Assembly (NCBI RefSeq): GCF_008065095.1
Contig: NZ_CP042911.1
Location: 1,290,001 to 1,322,000, forward strand
DNA length: 32,000 nucleotides
DNA from: Gemmata obscuriglobus
Lineage (GTDB): Bacteria > Planctomycetota > Planctomycetia > Gemmatales > Gemmataceae
Reading direction: 5' to 3'
Shown here: positions 7,804-16,317 of the stretch, piece after piece
Layout: every line of letters begins with the position of its first letter
Position numbering within the stretch: the first letter of the stretch is position 1
The notes under the pieces: generated by a model
Database searches by the model: none
The model's input: the letters and a program-made list of their open reading frames with translations, nothing else
Told to the model about the DNA's origin: nothing
Position numbers and translations under genes: made by a program

Positions 7804-8979
7804 ATGCCTCCCAAGAAAGTCGCGGCGGTCGTCAACGAGTACCGCAAGTGGTCGCACGCGGACGTGATCCTCCGCAACCTCCTCAGCGGCTACCCGGACG
7901 GCTCCAGGCCGAACATGCAACTCGTCTCGCTCGTCACCGACCAGGTGCCGAAGAACGACATGAGCCGCGACCTCGCCAAAAAGTATGGGTTCAAGATCTG
8001 CGATACGGTCGCGGACGCACTCACCCTCGGCGGGAAGCGGTTGGCGGTCGAGGGCGTGCTGTCGATCGGCGAGCACGGCCATTACCCCACGAACGAGAAG
8101 GGGCAACTCCTCTACCCGCGGCGGCGGTTCGTCGAGTCGATTTGCGAGGTGTTCGAGAAAACGAAGTCGTCGGTCCCGGTGTTCAACGACAAGCACCTGG
8201 CGGCCACCTGGGACGACGCGAAGTGGATGTACGACCGCGCGCGCAAGCTGTTCGTGCCGTTCCTGGCGGGCTCGTCGATCCCGGTGACCTGGCGCAAGCC
8301 GAACGTGGTGCTCCCGAAGGGGTGCGAGTTGGTCGGGGCGGTGCAGATCGGGTATGGGCCGTTCGAGGGCTACGGGTTCCACGCGCTCGAAGGGCTCCAG
8401 TGCATGGCCGAGCGCCGGAAAGGGGGCGAAACCGGCGTGACGGCGGTGACGTGCCACACCGGGAAGGCGATGTGGGAGGCGCTCGACGCCCACACCTGGA
8501 CGAAGCCGCTCCTCGAAGCGGGGCTGAAACGGGCGACCGCGCACGCCCCGGGCGACATGCGCGCCCTCACTGCAAAGGCCGCCGACGCCGGCTCGTTCGA
8601 AATCGAGTACCGCGACGGGTTCCGGGCGTTCGTGGTGCTGCCGAACGGCTGGGTCCACGAGAACGAGGGCTCGCCGTTCATCTTCGCCGGCCAGCGGAAG
8701 GGGGCGGACAAGCCGGACGTGTGCCAGTTCTACCTCCAGCAGCCCGACCCGTTCGCGCACTTCGCGGAACTCACGAAGGCGATCGACTCGCTCGTCGGCA
8801 CGGGCCACGCGCCGTACCCCGTGGAGCGCACGCTGCTCACGACCGGCGTCCTCGACGCAGCGATGACGAGCCGGCACGAGAAGGGCAAGCGGATTGAAAC
8901 CCCGCACCTCACAATCGCCTACACGCCGACCGAGTGGGGGCCGGCGAAGGGCGAGGTCCCGAAGTCCGAGAAGAGGTAA
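7804..8979 (+). CDS. Conserved hypothetical protein (391 aa), function unknown
   Basis: ATG 7804 to TAA 8977-8979. Composition is clean, non-repetitive and globular with strong G/C third-position bias. The N-terminus KKVAAVVNEYRKWSHADVI loosely resembles Rossmann-type oxidoreductase starts but has no GxGxxG, so no function is assigned. Confidence 0.75.
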   Translation: MPPKKVAAVVNEYRKWSHADVILRNLLSGYPDGSRPNMQLVSLVTDQVPKNDMSRDLAKKYGFKICDTVADALTLGGKRLAVEGVLSIGEHGHYPTNEKGQLLYPRRRFVESICEVFEKTKSSVPVFNDKHLAATWDDAKWMYDRARKLFVPFLAGSSIPVTWRKPNVVLPKGCELVGAVQIGYGPFEGYGFHALEGLQCMAERRKGGETGVTAVTCHTGKAMWEALDAHTWTKPLLEAGLKRATAHAPGDMRALTAKAADAGSFEIEYRDGFRAFVVLPNGWVHENEGSPFIFAGQRKGADKPDVCQFYLQQPDPFAHFAELTKAIDSLVGTGHAPYPVERTLLTTGVLDAAMTSRHEKGKRIETPHLTIAYTPTEWGPAKGEVPKSEKR

Positions 8980-9033
8980 AAATATAATTTTAAAACAAAT
9001 ATGTAAATTTAAATTGTATCAATTATTATTATC
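8977..9033. other. Extreme AT-rich island (about 7% G+C over 57 bp) between convergent genes
   Basis: Sequence taaaaatataattttaaaacaaatatgtaaatttaaattgtatcaattattattat has only 4 G/C bases. It contains the palindrome AATTTAAATT (9007-9016). Confidence 0.9.
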
Positions 9034-9135
9034 CTCCTGTGTCGCGGTATCGGCTCCGCCCTTTGTCCGATTCCGTGCCTGATTTTTGCTTGATGGCCCT
9101 CTCTTCTACTGTACTCCGCGGGCGGGCGACTCAAC

Positions 9136-9687
9136 TCACTTCGCCGGAATCGCCTTGAGCACCTCTTCCGTCTTTGCTCGCCCGCCGTGTGTCTTGCTGA
9201 CGGTTGCGAAGGTCACCTTCCGCTTGGTGCCGACGACGAACGTTGAAGGGTACGCGGTCTCGTTCTTCGCGTTCCAGCGGAGGCCGTAAGCGTTCGTGAA
9301 CGTGTAATCCGGATCGAGTACGAGGGTGAAGTGCGCCGGGTAGTCCTTCCCCTTTACGAACTCGCCAGCGTGTTCCTTCAGTTTGTCGGCGGGTCCGGGG
9401 TACACGAGCACGACCTGAGCGCCGGCTTTCTTGAACTCGTCCGCCTTGCCGATCAGTTCGCCGACCTGCTTGGTACAGAGCGGGCACTGGTAGCCGGGGT
9501 AGCCGCGCAGCACCACCAGGACCACAGGCCCGGACGCGGTCAGCTTCGAGAGCTTGACCATCTCTCCGCCCAGCGCCGCCAGCTCGAAGTCCTTGGCCTC
9601 GTCGCCCACCTTCGGGGCATCGGCCGCGGACGCGCAGCCGGCAAGAATTGCCAGGGCCGCGATGGCTGCCGTGAAACGCGTCGTCAT
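9136..9687 (-). CDS. Lipoprotein peroxiredoxin-like thioredoxin-fold protein (AhpC/TSA/redoxin family)
   Basis: ATG 9687 has AGGAGA 8 nt upstream. Lipobox LAGCAS. Redox motif YPGYQCPLCTKQ sits in a typical context (DFELAALGG...VVLVVLRGYPG...AQVVLVYPG). Confidence 0.85.
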   Translation of the reverse strand: MTTRFTAAIAALAILAGCASAADAPKVGDEAKDFELAALGGEMVKLSKLTASGPVVLVVLRGYPGYQCPLCTKQVGELIGKADEFKKAGAQVVLVYPGPADKLKEHAGEFVKGKDYPAHFTLVLDPDYTFTNAYGLRWNAKNETAYPSTFVVGTKRKVTFATVSKTHGGRAKTEEVLKAIPAK

Positions 9688-9897
9688 GATCTCATCTCCT
9701 GGTGAGCCGCGGCGCGACACCGCGCCCAAGTTGGATGCCGAGCGAACCGGTCCGGTTACCCCGCCCTTGGCGATCCCGGCAGGTGCCGAACCCGCCCCAC
9801 ACAGGCCACGCGCCGGGGCCGGCTCCAATCAGCGCCTGTGACCGCACCCATGATGCCTTCCGGCTCCGCTACGGGCGCGTTCCTGGTGCGCCACGGG

Positions 9898-11499
9898 TTA
9901 GTCCGCGAGCGGGTCGAGTCGGCGGTCGCGGTAGTGGGCGCGCAACAAGCCGAAAAGCTCCCGCACGCGAACCGGCGTGTGCCCGCGGGCGCGGTTCGCG
10001 GCGCCCACCCGGAACACCAGCGCCCACTGCGCGAACAGCGTCCGGTACGCCCGCCACAGGGGCCACGCCGGGTCGTACAGGTTGGTCGATTCGGAGGTCG
10101 CGCCGTTCAGCTCCACGACCGCGAACCCGCGGCCGGCGCGGAACTCCGCCGGGTCGGCGTACCGCACGTCGAACCGGCCGACGAAGAACCCGTCGAAGTG
10201 CTTCGCGAGCGCGTCGAACGCGGCCTCCAGTTCCGGCGTGACCAGGTGTGCGCCGTCGCGGAACAGTGTACCCTGACAGTGATTCCCAGCCAGCCCCAGC
10301 GCGAACGGTTCGCCCGCGCCGAGCACGCGGCCGGCGTCGGCGGGGTGGCGGGACACGAAGACCGCCGCCTGCATCCGGTACCGCGGGTGCACCCAGATCA
10401 GTTCTTCGAGTGTGCTTCGGCCGTCGCCGGTGACGGCGGGAAACACCTTGTCCGTGACCGAGAAGATGCGCCCGCGCGCTTCACCCGGGACGCGCGCGTA
10501 GAAGACGCCCGCCTCGAACGGTCCGGCGTGGAACGGCTGCGCGATCACCGGGCCGGGGTTCGCGAGCAGGTACTTCTCCACGTCGGCGGGGTCGTGAACC
10601 CTTTTCACCCCCGCCCCGCGCTGCCCTGCGTCCGGCTTCAGAACCAGCGGGAAGCCCCATCCACGCTCCGAAAGCGATTCGCGGAGCAACCGCAGACGGG
10701 CGCCGTGTTCACCGGCCGGAACCAGTAGCGTGGGGATGATCCACTCGTTGGGCAACTTCGCGAGGATGTCCGATTTCGATTCGCCCACCACCCCGCCGGC
10801 CGGGATACCGGGGTTCGCGGCCGTCCACACGGTGAAGCTGCGATACCGCAGGCTCAGCAGCGCGTACCACGGCACGAGGGGCAGGTAGAACGCCCACGCC
10901 GGCCAGAACTCCCAACGCCACAGCTTCGCCACCGCCGCCGCGACCTTCAGGCGACCGGTGCGGGTGAAGAATCGCGGCCCGGTGCGCGGTGCGACGAAAG
11001 CACCGACCGCCACCGAGAGAACCGCCCAGCGGGGCACCGCGGCGCCGAAGAACGCGACCGACAGCACCACCAGTGGCACCCACACCAGTGCGGCGACGAA
11101 CGCCCACAGCAGGAACCGCACGCCGCCCCGTCGCGCGATCCCGGCCGCGAGCAGGAGCGGCACACGGGTGCCCGGCAGGAAGCGTGATGCGAACGCGGTC
11201 CTCCCGCCGTGCCGGCCGAGCCAGTGGGAGAACGCCGCGAGCCGCGATTCCGGCAGCCGACGCTTCACCCACCCGCGCCCACCCGCGGCACAGCCGATCA
11301 GCCACACGCCCGTGTCGCCGAGCGCGATGCCCGCAAAGCACGCGGCCACCGCCGGGAACCACTCGACCCGCCCGGCCGCGACCAGGAGGCCGGCCCCCAG
11401 GCACGTCAGGTCTTCCGAAACGAACGTCGCGACGACCAGCGCCGCGAACAGGGCCGGGCCGGAGAGCATCGCGGCATCGAGGAGCGTCGCAGAGGTCAC
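9898..11499 (-). CDS. Fusion protein: N-terminal VTT/DedA-type membrane domain plus C-terminal ATP-grasp carboxylate-amine ligase domain
   Basis: GTG 11499 overlaps the upstream stop (GTGA); ATG 11469 is an alternative. DedA-like FVSEDLTCLGAG and RFLPGTRVPLLLAAG, with several hydrophobic spans. ATP-grasp signatures LVLKPDAGQRGAGV, VIAQPF and VVELNGATSESTNLYDP (E-x-N Mg site). Confidence 0.8.
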   Translation of the reverse strand: MTSATLLDAAMLSGPALFAALVVATFVSEDLTCLGAGLLVAAGRVEWFPAVAACFAGIALGDTGVWLIGCAAGGRGWVKRRLPESRLAAFSHWLGRHGGRTAFASRFLPGTRVPLLLAAGIARRGGVRFLLWAFVAALVWVPLVVLSVAFFGAAVPRWAVLSVAVGAFVAPRTGPRFFTRTGRLKVAAAVAKLWRWEFWPAWAFYLPLVPWYALLSLRYRSFTVWTAANPGIPAGGVVGESKSDILAKLPNEWIIPTLLVPAGEHGARLRLLRESLSERGWGFPLVLKPDAGQRGAGVKRVHDPADVEKYLLANPGPVIAQPFHAGPFEAGVFYARVPGEARGRIFSVTDKVFPAVTGDGRSTLEELIWVHPRYRMQAAVFVSRHPADAGRVLGAGEPFALGLAGNHCQGTLFRDGAHLVTPELEAAFDALAKHFDGFFVGRFDVRYADPAEFRAGRGFAVVELNGATSESTNLYDPAWPLWRAYRTLFAQWALVFRVGAANRARGHTPVRVRELFGLLRAHYRDRRLDPLAD

Positions 11500-12242
11500 G
11501 CGGCACCGGCGGCAAGGGGAAGGCGGGTCGTGGTGACGGCGGCCGGTTGGTCGGGCGCGCCGGCGCGGTACGTGAAGCGCGCGTCCGCCTCGCGAACGCC
11601 GAGGACCGCGTAGCTCACAGTGCGGGCGTCGGCGCGGCTCATGTTCACGCTCAGGTGCTCGCGCCCCGGCCAGCGGTGGCGGTGGAACGCGTACTGCGCC
11701 TCTTCCCACGTTTCCGGCCCGCCCGCGAACATCTCCGCGAACCGCTCCCGCCGCACGCCCTCGACCAGATGATCGCCCAGCCCGGACGACGTGAACATCT
11801 GCGGCGAGTGGCCCACCAGCCGCGACATCACCATCGGTTCGCGACCGTCCCACCGCACGTCCGCGACAACGCCTTGACCGACCAGTACAAGGCGAAAGGG
11901 CGCGAAGGCGCGGTAGTCCAGCCGCGCGCACGCGGCCAGCGCGGCGGAAGGCGACTCGGATTCGAGCAGCGCGGGGACGACCGCGCCGCGGGAGCGCGCG
12001 GGCCGGAGAGGGAGCCGAACACGCTCGGGCGGGTTGACGTTCAGCACCGCAAGCGCGAGACCGGCGTCGTTGACGGCCAGCCACGTTCCGCCGGAAACCG
12101 GGTCGGTCGGCAGCGCCGCGGCGCGGGTGCCGAACTGGCACACGCGCGGGGGCAGCCCGGCGGGGCGCGTCCGCGACTCGTCGCGGTTGAACGCGACCTG
12201 CACCGCGCCCGACGGGAGGGGAACGACGGTCAGCGTACACAC
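11496..12242 (-). CDS. NRDE family protein (DUF833/TANGO2-like)
   Basis: GTG 12242 gives an N-terminal M-C-T-L-T-V (the conserved Cys2 of the family). The literal motif AFNRDESRTRP is present. The 5' end overlaps the DinB gene stop by 13 nt. Confidence 0.85.
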   Translation of the reverse strand: MCTLTVVPLPSGAVQVAFNRDESRTRPAGLPPRVCQFGTRAAALPTDPVSGGTWLAVNDAGLALAVLNVNPPERVRLPLRPARSRGAVVPALLESESPSAALAACARLDYRAFAPFRLVLVGQGVVADVRWDGREPMVMSRLVGHSPQMFTSSGLGDHLVEGVRRERFAEMFAGGPETWEEAQYAFHRHRWPGREHLSVNMSRADARTVSYAVLGVREADARFTYRAGAPDQPAAVTTTRLPLAAGAA

Positions 12243-12790
12243 GTGCGGCCCGTCCTGTGCGCGAGGGTGGAGGGGGCGTAGCCGAAGTCGGCGGGCGCGT
12301 CGGCCCCGAGCAACTTCACCATCACCCGGATCAGCGCGTTGTGGTGAACGGTGTGACTGACGACGAACGCCAGCTCGCGCTCCGGGCTGGTGAGCGTGAG
12401 GACCGGCGGCAGGTCCGGGCTGACCAACGATTCGAGGATTACCACGTGCGGCAATTCGTCCCACGTGAACGCGAGCAGTTCGTCTCCGAGACACCGAACC
12501 GCTTCGAGCGCGGCGCGGCGGTTCCGCTCCACGTCGGTGCCGCGGTCGCGGTGGTCGTAGCTGAGTCGGCCGGTCGGGAGCCCGCGGAGGAGCGCCGCGA
12601 TGTGGTCGAGGTTGTGTCGGACGTGACCGCCGATGCTGCTCTCCACGACCCCGACCGGCGTTCGCGCGTACTCGTCGTCGGTGAGCGTTTCGATCAGGTC
12701 GGACAGCTGGCGCAGCAGCCCGGCCAAGGGGCGGACGGCCACCGGTTCGCGCCCGCATGACGGTTCGGCGGTGCAAACGGACAGGGACAT
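12230..12790 (-). CDS. DinB-family (DinB_2 / four-helix-bundle metalloenzyme) protein
   Basis: ATG 12790. Histidine triad context: GGHVRHNLDH ... SHTVHHNALI. Size (186 aa) and helical pattern fit DinB/YfiT-like proteins. Confidence 0.85.
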   Translation of the reverse strand: MSLSVCTAEPSCGREPVAVRPLAGLLRQLSDLIETLTDDEYARTPVGVVESSIGGHVRHNLDHIAALLRGLPTGRLSYDHRDRGTDVERNRRAALEAVRCLGDELLAFTWDELPHVVILESLVSPDLPPVLTLTSPERELAFVVSHTVHHNALIRVMVKLLGADAPADFGYAPSTLAHRTGRTCVR

Positions 12791-12817
12791 CGGGTCGGCT
12801 CCGAACGGGTGGATCAG

Positions 12818-12862
12818 TTGGTACGGGTGTGATGCCGGGCGGCGCCGTTGGTTACACCGCGG
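12818..12862 (-). promoter_or_regulatory. Copy 2 of a shared ~40-bp intergenic motif (TGGTACG..GATGCCGG..CCGTT..GGTTACACCG), upstream of the DinB operon
   Basis: ttggtacgggtgtgatgccgggcggcgccgttggttacaccgcgg aligns colinearly with 13352-13390. It lies between the doxX stop (12852) and the dinB-like start (12790). Confidence 0.35.
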
Positions 12863-13310
12863 CCCGCCCCACGAACGGCAGGTCGCGCCACCGGAACGCC
12901 AGTACCACCAGCGCGCACAGCGACACGACTAGCGCGAGCCCGAACAACAACCCGCCGTCGCTCTCGCCCGTGTCGGGGTTCTTTACCGCGATCCCGATCA
13001 TGGTCAGGTGAGTCACGAGCGCACCGCCCATCAGCCCCAGCGCCAGCACCGCGCCGACCGCGGCCGTTCGCGGGATCAGGATCAGTACGACGCAAACCAG
13101 TTCCATCAGGCCGACCAGGGTCGCCGCCGGGCGGCCCCCGAGCGGGCCGAAGATGTGCCGCGTCTCCGGGGCGTAGGTGAACTTGAAGTACAGCGTCTGC
13201 GCCAGAATCACGGCGGCCAGGACTTGCGCCGACCACGACAGGGGCGCGGCGTACTGAAACCACGTACCGGCCCGGGCAGGGGCCACGGTTCGCGGGCGGT
13301 CGGTCGTCAT
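12852..13310 (-). CDS. DoxX family membrane protein
   Basis: ATG 13310 has GGAG 8 nt upstream. 152 aa with four hydrophobic spans (VLAAVILAQTLYFKF, LVGLMELVCVVLILIP, AVGAVLALGLMGGALVTHL, LLFGLALVVSLCALVVLAF), typical of DoxX/DoxX-like proteins. Confidence 0.8.
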   Translation of the reverse strand: MTTDRPRTVAPARAGTWFQYAAPLSWSAQVLAAVILAQTLYFKFTYAPETRHIFGPLGGRPAATLVGLMELVCVVLILIPRTAAVGAVLALGLMGGALVTHLTMIGIAVKNPDTGESDGGLLFGLALVVSLCALVVLAFRWRDLPFVGRAAV

Positions 13311-13351
13311 CGTCAACTCCGGGTGAGGGCTCTCGCGGCGCGCCGCGGATG

Positions 13352-13390
13352 CTGGTACGATGCCGGCACACCCGTTCCGGTTACACCGAG
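13352..13390 (-). promoter_or_regulatory. Copy 1 of the shared intergenic motif, upstream of doxX; overlaps a weak sigma-54-like GG-N10-GC element
   Basis: ctggtacgatgccggcacacccgttccggttacaccgag. On the minus strand, CCGGCATCGTACCAGCAT (13349-13366) has GGCA-N8-GCA with the -24/-12 spacing, about 40 nt upstream of the doxX ATG. Confidence 0.3.
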
Positions 13391-13395
13391 TCGCG

Positions 13396-15267
13396 ATGCC
13401 CGAACTCAACCAACCCGCGGACCGCGAGGAAGTGGCCGCGCTCCGCGCCATTGTCGAGGGCACCGCCCGGCACACCGGCGAAGAGTTTTTTCGCTCGCTC
13501 GTGCGGAACCTGAGCGCGGCGACCGGCGTCCCGAACGCCTTCGTGGCCGAGTTCGCCGAGCAGCGGACCCGCATCCGGTCGCTCGCGTTTTGGCAGGACG
13601 GGGCGTTCCTCCCGCCCGACGAATGGGAACTGGCCGGCACGCCGTGCGAGGACGTGCTCGCGGGGAGCTTCTGCCACCACCCGACCGGCGTGTCGGAGAA
13701 ATTTCCGAAGGACGCGGGCGTCGAGAGCTACCTCGGGGTGCCCCTCCGCGACGCGAGCGGGGCGGTACTCGGCCACCTCGCGGTGTTCGACGCCCGCCCG
13801 ATGCCCCCCGAGCCGCGGCTGCTCTACACGTTCCAGATCTTCGCCGCCCGTGCCGCCGCGGAACTCGACCGGCTGCGCATGGACCGGATGCTCCGCGACA
13901 GCGAAGAGCGCTTCCGGGATTTGTTCGAGGAGGCCCCGGTCGCCTACGTTCACGAGGACATGGAGTCGCGCTTCATCCGCGCCAACCGGACCGCCCTGCG
14001 CGTCCTGGGCCTGAAGCCGGAAGAAGCGGTCGGCACCGTCGGCATGTCGCTGGTGCCCGACACGCCCGACGCCCAGCGGCTGGTAAAAGAAGCCTTCGCC
14101 TCCATCGGCCGCGGCACCGATACGGGCGGCGTGGTGCTCGAGCTCCGCCGCAAGGACGACGGGCGCCCGATCTGGATTCAGTGGTGGTCGCGGCCCGACC
14201 GCGGGGGCCAGTTCACCCGCACCGTGTTCATCGACGTCACCGAGCGCGTGCTGATGGAGCGGGAGCAGGCGCGGCTCCAGCAACAGAACGTCTACCTCCA
14301 GGAAGAGCTCAAGGCGGCACACAACTTCGACGAGATCGTCGGCCAAAGTCCGGCGCTCGTGTCGGTGTTGCAGCGCGTGTCGAAGGTGGCCGGCACCGAT
14401 TCGACGGTCCTCATCACCGGCGAAACCGGCACCGGCAAGGAACTGGTCGCGCGGGCGGTCCACTCCGCCAGCCCCCGGAAGGCGAAGCCGCTCATCAAGC
14501 TGAACTGCGCCGCGCTGCCGACGCACCTCGTCGAGAGCGAGTTGTTCGGGCACGAGAAGGGGGCGTTCACCGGGGCCGTCGCGCGCAAGCCGGGACGGTT
14601 CGAGCTGGCCGACGGCGGCACGCTGTTCCTCGACGAGGTCGGTGAGTTGTCGCTGGAGGCCCAGGCGAAGCTGCTCCGCGTACTCCAGGAGCGCGAGTTC
14701 GAGCGCGTCGGCGGAACGGCACCGGTGAAGGTGGACGTGCGGGTGATCGCGGCGACCAACCGCGACCTCGCCCAACTGGTCAAGGAGGGGGCGTTCCGCG
14801 CCGACCTCTTGTACCGGCTCAACGTCTTCCCGGTGCGCCTGCCGGCGCTGCGCGAGCGCCCCGGCGACATCCCGCTCCTGGTGCGGTTCTTCGTAACCAA
14901 GTTCGCGGGGCGGCTCGGCAAGCGGATCGAGCGGGTGAGCGGGGACACGCTGGACGCGCTGGTCGGCTACGACTGGCCGGGCAACATCCGCGAACTGGAG
15001 AACGTCATCGAGCGCGCGGCGATCCTGTCCGACGGCCCGGAGCTGGTCATCGACCCGGACGTGCTGCCGGTCACGCGGGGGGGCGCCGCGCCCGCCGGGG
15101 CCGGCGGCCAGAGCCTCGTCGCGGTCGAGGCGGACCACATTCGCAGCGTCCTCGCGCAAACCGGCTGGGTGATCGAGGGGCCGAACGGGGCCGCGACGGT
15201 GCTCGGCCTGCACCCAAACACGCTCCGCAGCCGGATGAAGAAGCTCGGCATCCTGCGGCCGTCGTAG
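13396..15267 (+). CDS. Sigma-54-dependent transcriptional activator (GAF-PAS-AAA+-Fis HTH); no receiver domain
   Basis: GAF-like N-terminus ([21 protein letters not shown]). PAS ([20 protein letters not shown]). AAA+ Walker [15 protein letters not shown] motif ([10 protein letters not shown]) and FLDEVGEL. C-terminal [29 protein letters not shown] 13360 is an alternative start but overlaps the repeated non-coding-like motif. Confidence 0.9.
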   Translation: MPELNQPADREEVAALRAIVEGTARHTGEEFFRSLVRNLSAATGVPNAFVAEFAEQRTRIRSLAFWQDGAFLPPDEWELAGTPCEDVLAGSFCHHPTGVSEKFPKDAGVESYLGVPLRDASGAVLGHLAVFDARPMPPEPRLLYTFQIFAARAAAELDRLRMDRMLRDSEERFRDLFEEAPVAYVHEDMESRFIRANRTALRVLGLKPEEAVGTVGMSLVPDTPDAQRLVKEAFASIGRGTDTGGVVLELRRKDDGRPIWIQWWSRPDRGGQFTRTVFIDVTERVLMEREQARLQQQNVYLQEELKAAHNFDEIVGQSPALVSVLQRVSKVAGTDSTVLITGETGTGKELVARAVHSASPRKAKPLIKLNCAALPTHLVESELFGHEKGAFTGAVARKPGRFELADGGTLFLDEVGELSLEAQAKLLRVLQEREFERVGGTAPVKVDVRVIAATNRDLAQLVKEGAFRADLLYRLNVFPVRLPALRERPGDIPLLVRFFVTKFAGRLGKRIERVSGDTLDALVGYDWPGNIRELENVIERAAILSDGPELVIDPDVLPVTRGGAAPAGAGGQSLVAVEADHIRSVLAQTGWVIEGPNGAATVLGLHPNTLRSRMKKLGILRPS

Positions 15268-15471
15268 CGGTCCGCCCACGGCCCGTCGTGGCGCCCACGA
15301 AATGTCGTGGGCGGCGGGCGCCTCCGCCCGACGTTGCCCCCCGCCGCTCCAAACAATTCCGCGTCGCGATCGCCTTGTAAATCCAGCACTTCGGTCGTGC
15401 CGTGTGCGATTCCCGACGCCGCGGCACGCCCCTCGCTTTGGCTCCCGTCACTCACCCGACAGGAGCCCGCG

Positions 15472-16026
15472 ATGTTTCTCTCCGACGAAGTCGATTTGGT
15501 CGCCCGTTTGCGAGCCGGCGACGGCACCGCTTACGAGCACCTGGTCCGCACCCACGGCGGCGCGATGACGTCCGTCGCGCGGCGGTTCTTCGGCGACACC
15601 GACGAGGCGTCCGAAGCCGTTCAGGATGCGCTCGTGTCGGCGTTCCGGGCGATGCCCGCGTTCGAGGGCGCGTCGAAGCTCGGCACCTGGCTGCACCGCA
15701 TCACCGTGAATGCGTCTCTGCTCAAGCTCCGCGCCCGCAAGCGGTCGCGCCTGGTGCCGCTGGAGGACGATTCCCCAACGACCGGCGCGAGTGCGTGCGA
15801 CACCGTGCTGTCCCAGGCGGAAACGTGCGCGCGCGTGCGGGAGGGCGTGGAGCAGCTCCCGGAGGCGTACCGCACCGTGATCCGGCTCCGCGACCTCGAA
15901 GGGCTGAGTACCGAGGAAACGGCCGTGCAGCTCGGCACGAACTGCGGCGCGGTGAAGACCCGGCTGCACCGCGCCCGGCAGGCCCTCAAGACGATTCTCG
16001 AGCCGCAGTTCGCCAACGCGGTGTGA
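15472..16026 (+). CDS. ECF-type RNA polymerase sigma-70 family factor
   Basis: ATG 15472 lies 6 nt after AGGAG. Region 2: AYEHLVRTHGGAMTSVARRFFGD...EAVQDALVSAF...GTWLHRITVNASL. Region 4: LPEAYRTVIRLRDLEGLSTEETAVQLGTNCGAVKTRLHRARQAL. Confidence 0.9.
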   Translation: MFLSDEVDLVARLRAGDGTAYEHLVRTHGGAMTSVARRFFGDTDEASEAVQDALVSAFRAMPAFEGASKLGTWLHRITVNASLLKLRARKRSRLVPLEDDSPTTGASACDTVLSQAETCARVREGVEQLPEAYRTVIRLRDLEGLSTEETAVQLGTNCGAVKTRLHRARQALKTILEPQFANAV

Positions 16027-16048
16027 TCGCTTTCATTTGCGGAGTTGA

Positions 16049-16250
16049 ATGGTGCCGCCGAACCGGGGCTCCCTCGTCACGGGTGGCAGTACGAAACGCG
16101 TCGGGTCCGTCGTCGCCGATGCACGCGCCCGCCGCGGGTACGCGCTCGCCGTTCACGACCACACGTCTGCCGCGAAAGCCGAAGTGACCGCCGCCGCGCT
16201 CTGCGAACGCGATGCCGAGACGAGGGCGCTTCAGGCCGACATGATCACGG
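16049..16250 (+). pseudogene. N-terminal fragment (~65 aa) of an SDR-type oxidoreductase, truncated
   Basis: MVPPNRGSLVTGGSTKRVGSVVADARARRGYALAVHDHTSAAKAEVTAAALCERDAETRALQAD matches the SDR N-terminal Rossmann pattern (VTGGSxxxG ... D). After about 16245 the ORF continues as non-homologous residues into lower-GC sequence and stops at 16333. Confidence 0.5.
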
Positions 16251-16317
16251 GTGCACGCCGGGATCGGCGGACGACCCGTCGTTGTTGGCACCGTAACAGT
16301 AACGTATGGCAATCTAA

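Noticed and set aside
11500-12240. Upstream extension of ORF 9898..12240 (780 aa) and the 426-aa version of ORF 11496..12776
   Set aside because: The extensions are Arg/Pro-rich and overlap the well-supported NRDE and DinB frames. The GTGA and 13-nt overlaps give sensible starts (VTSATLL..., M-CTLTVV...).
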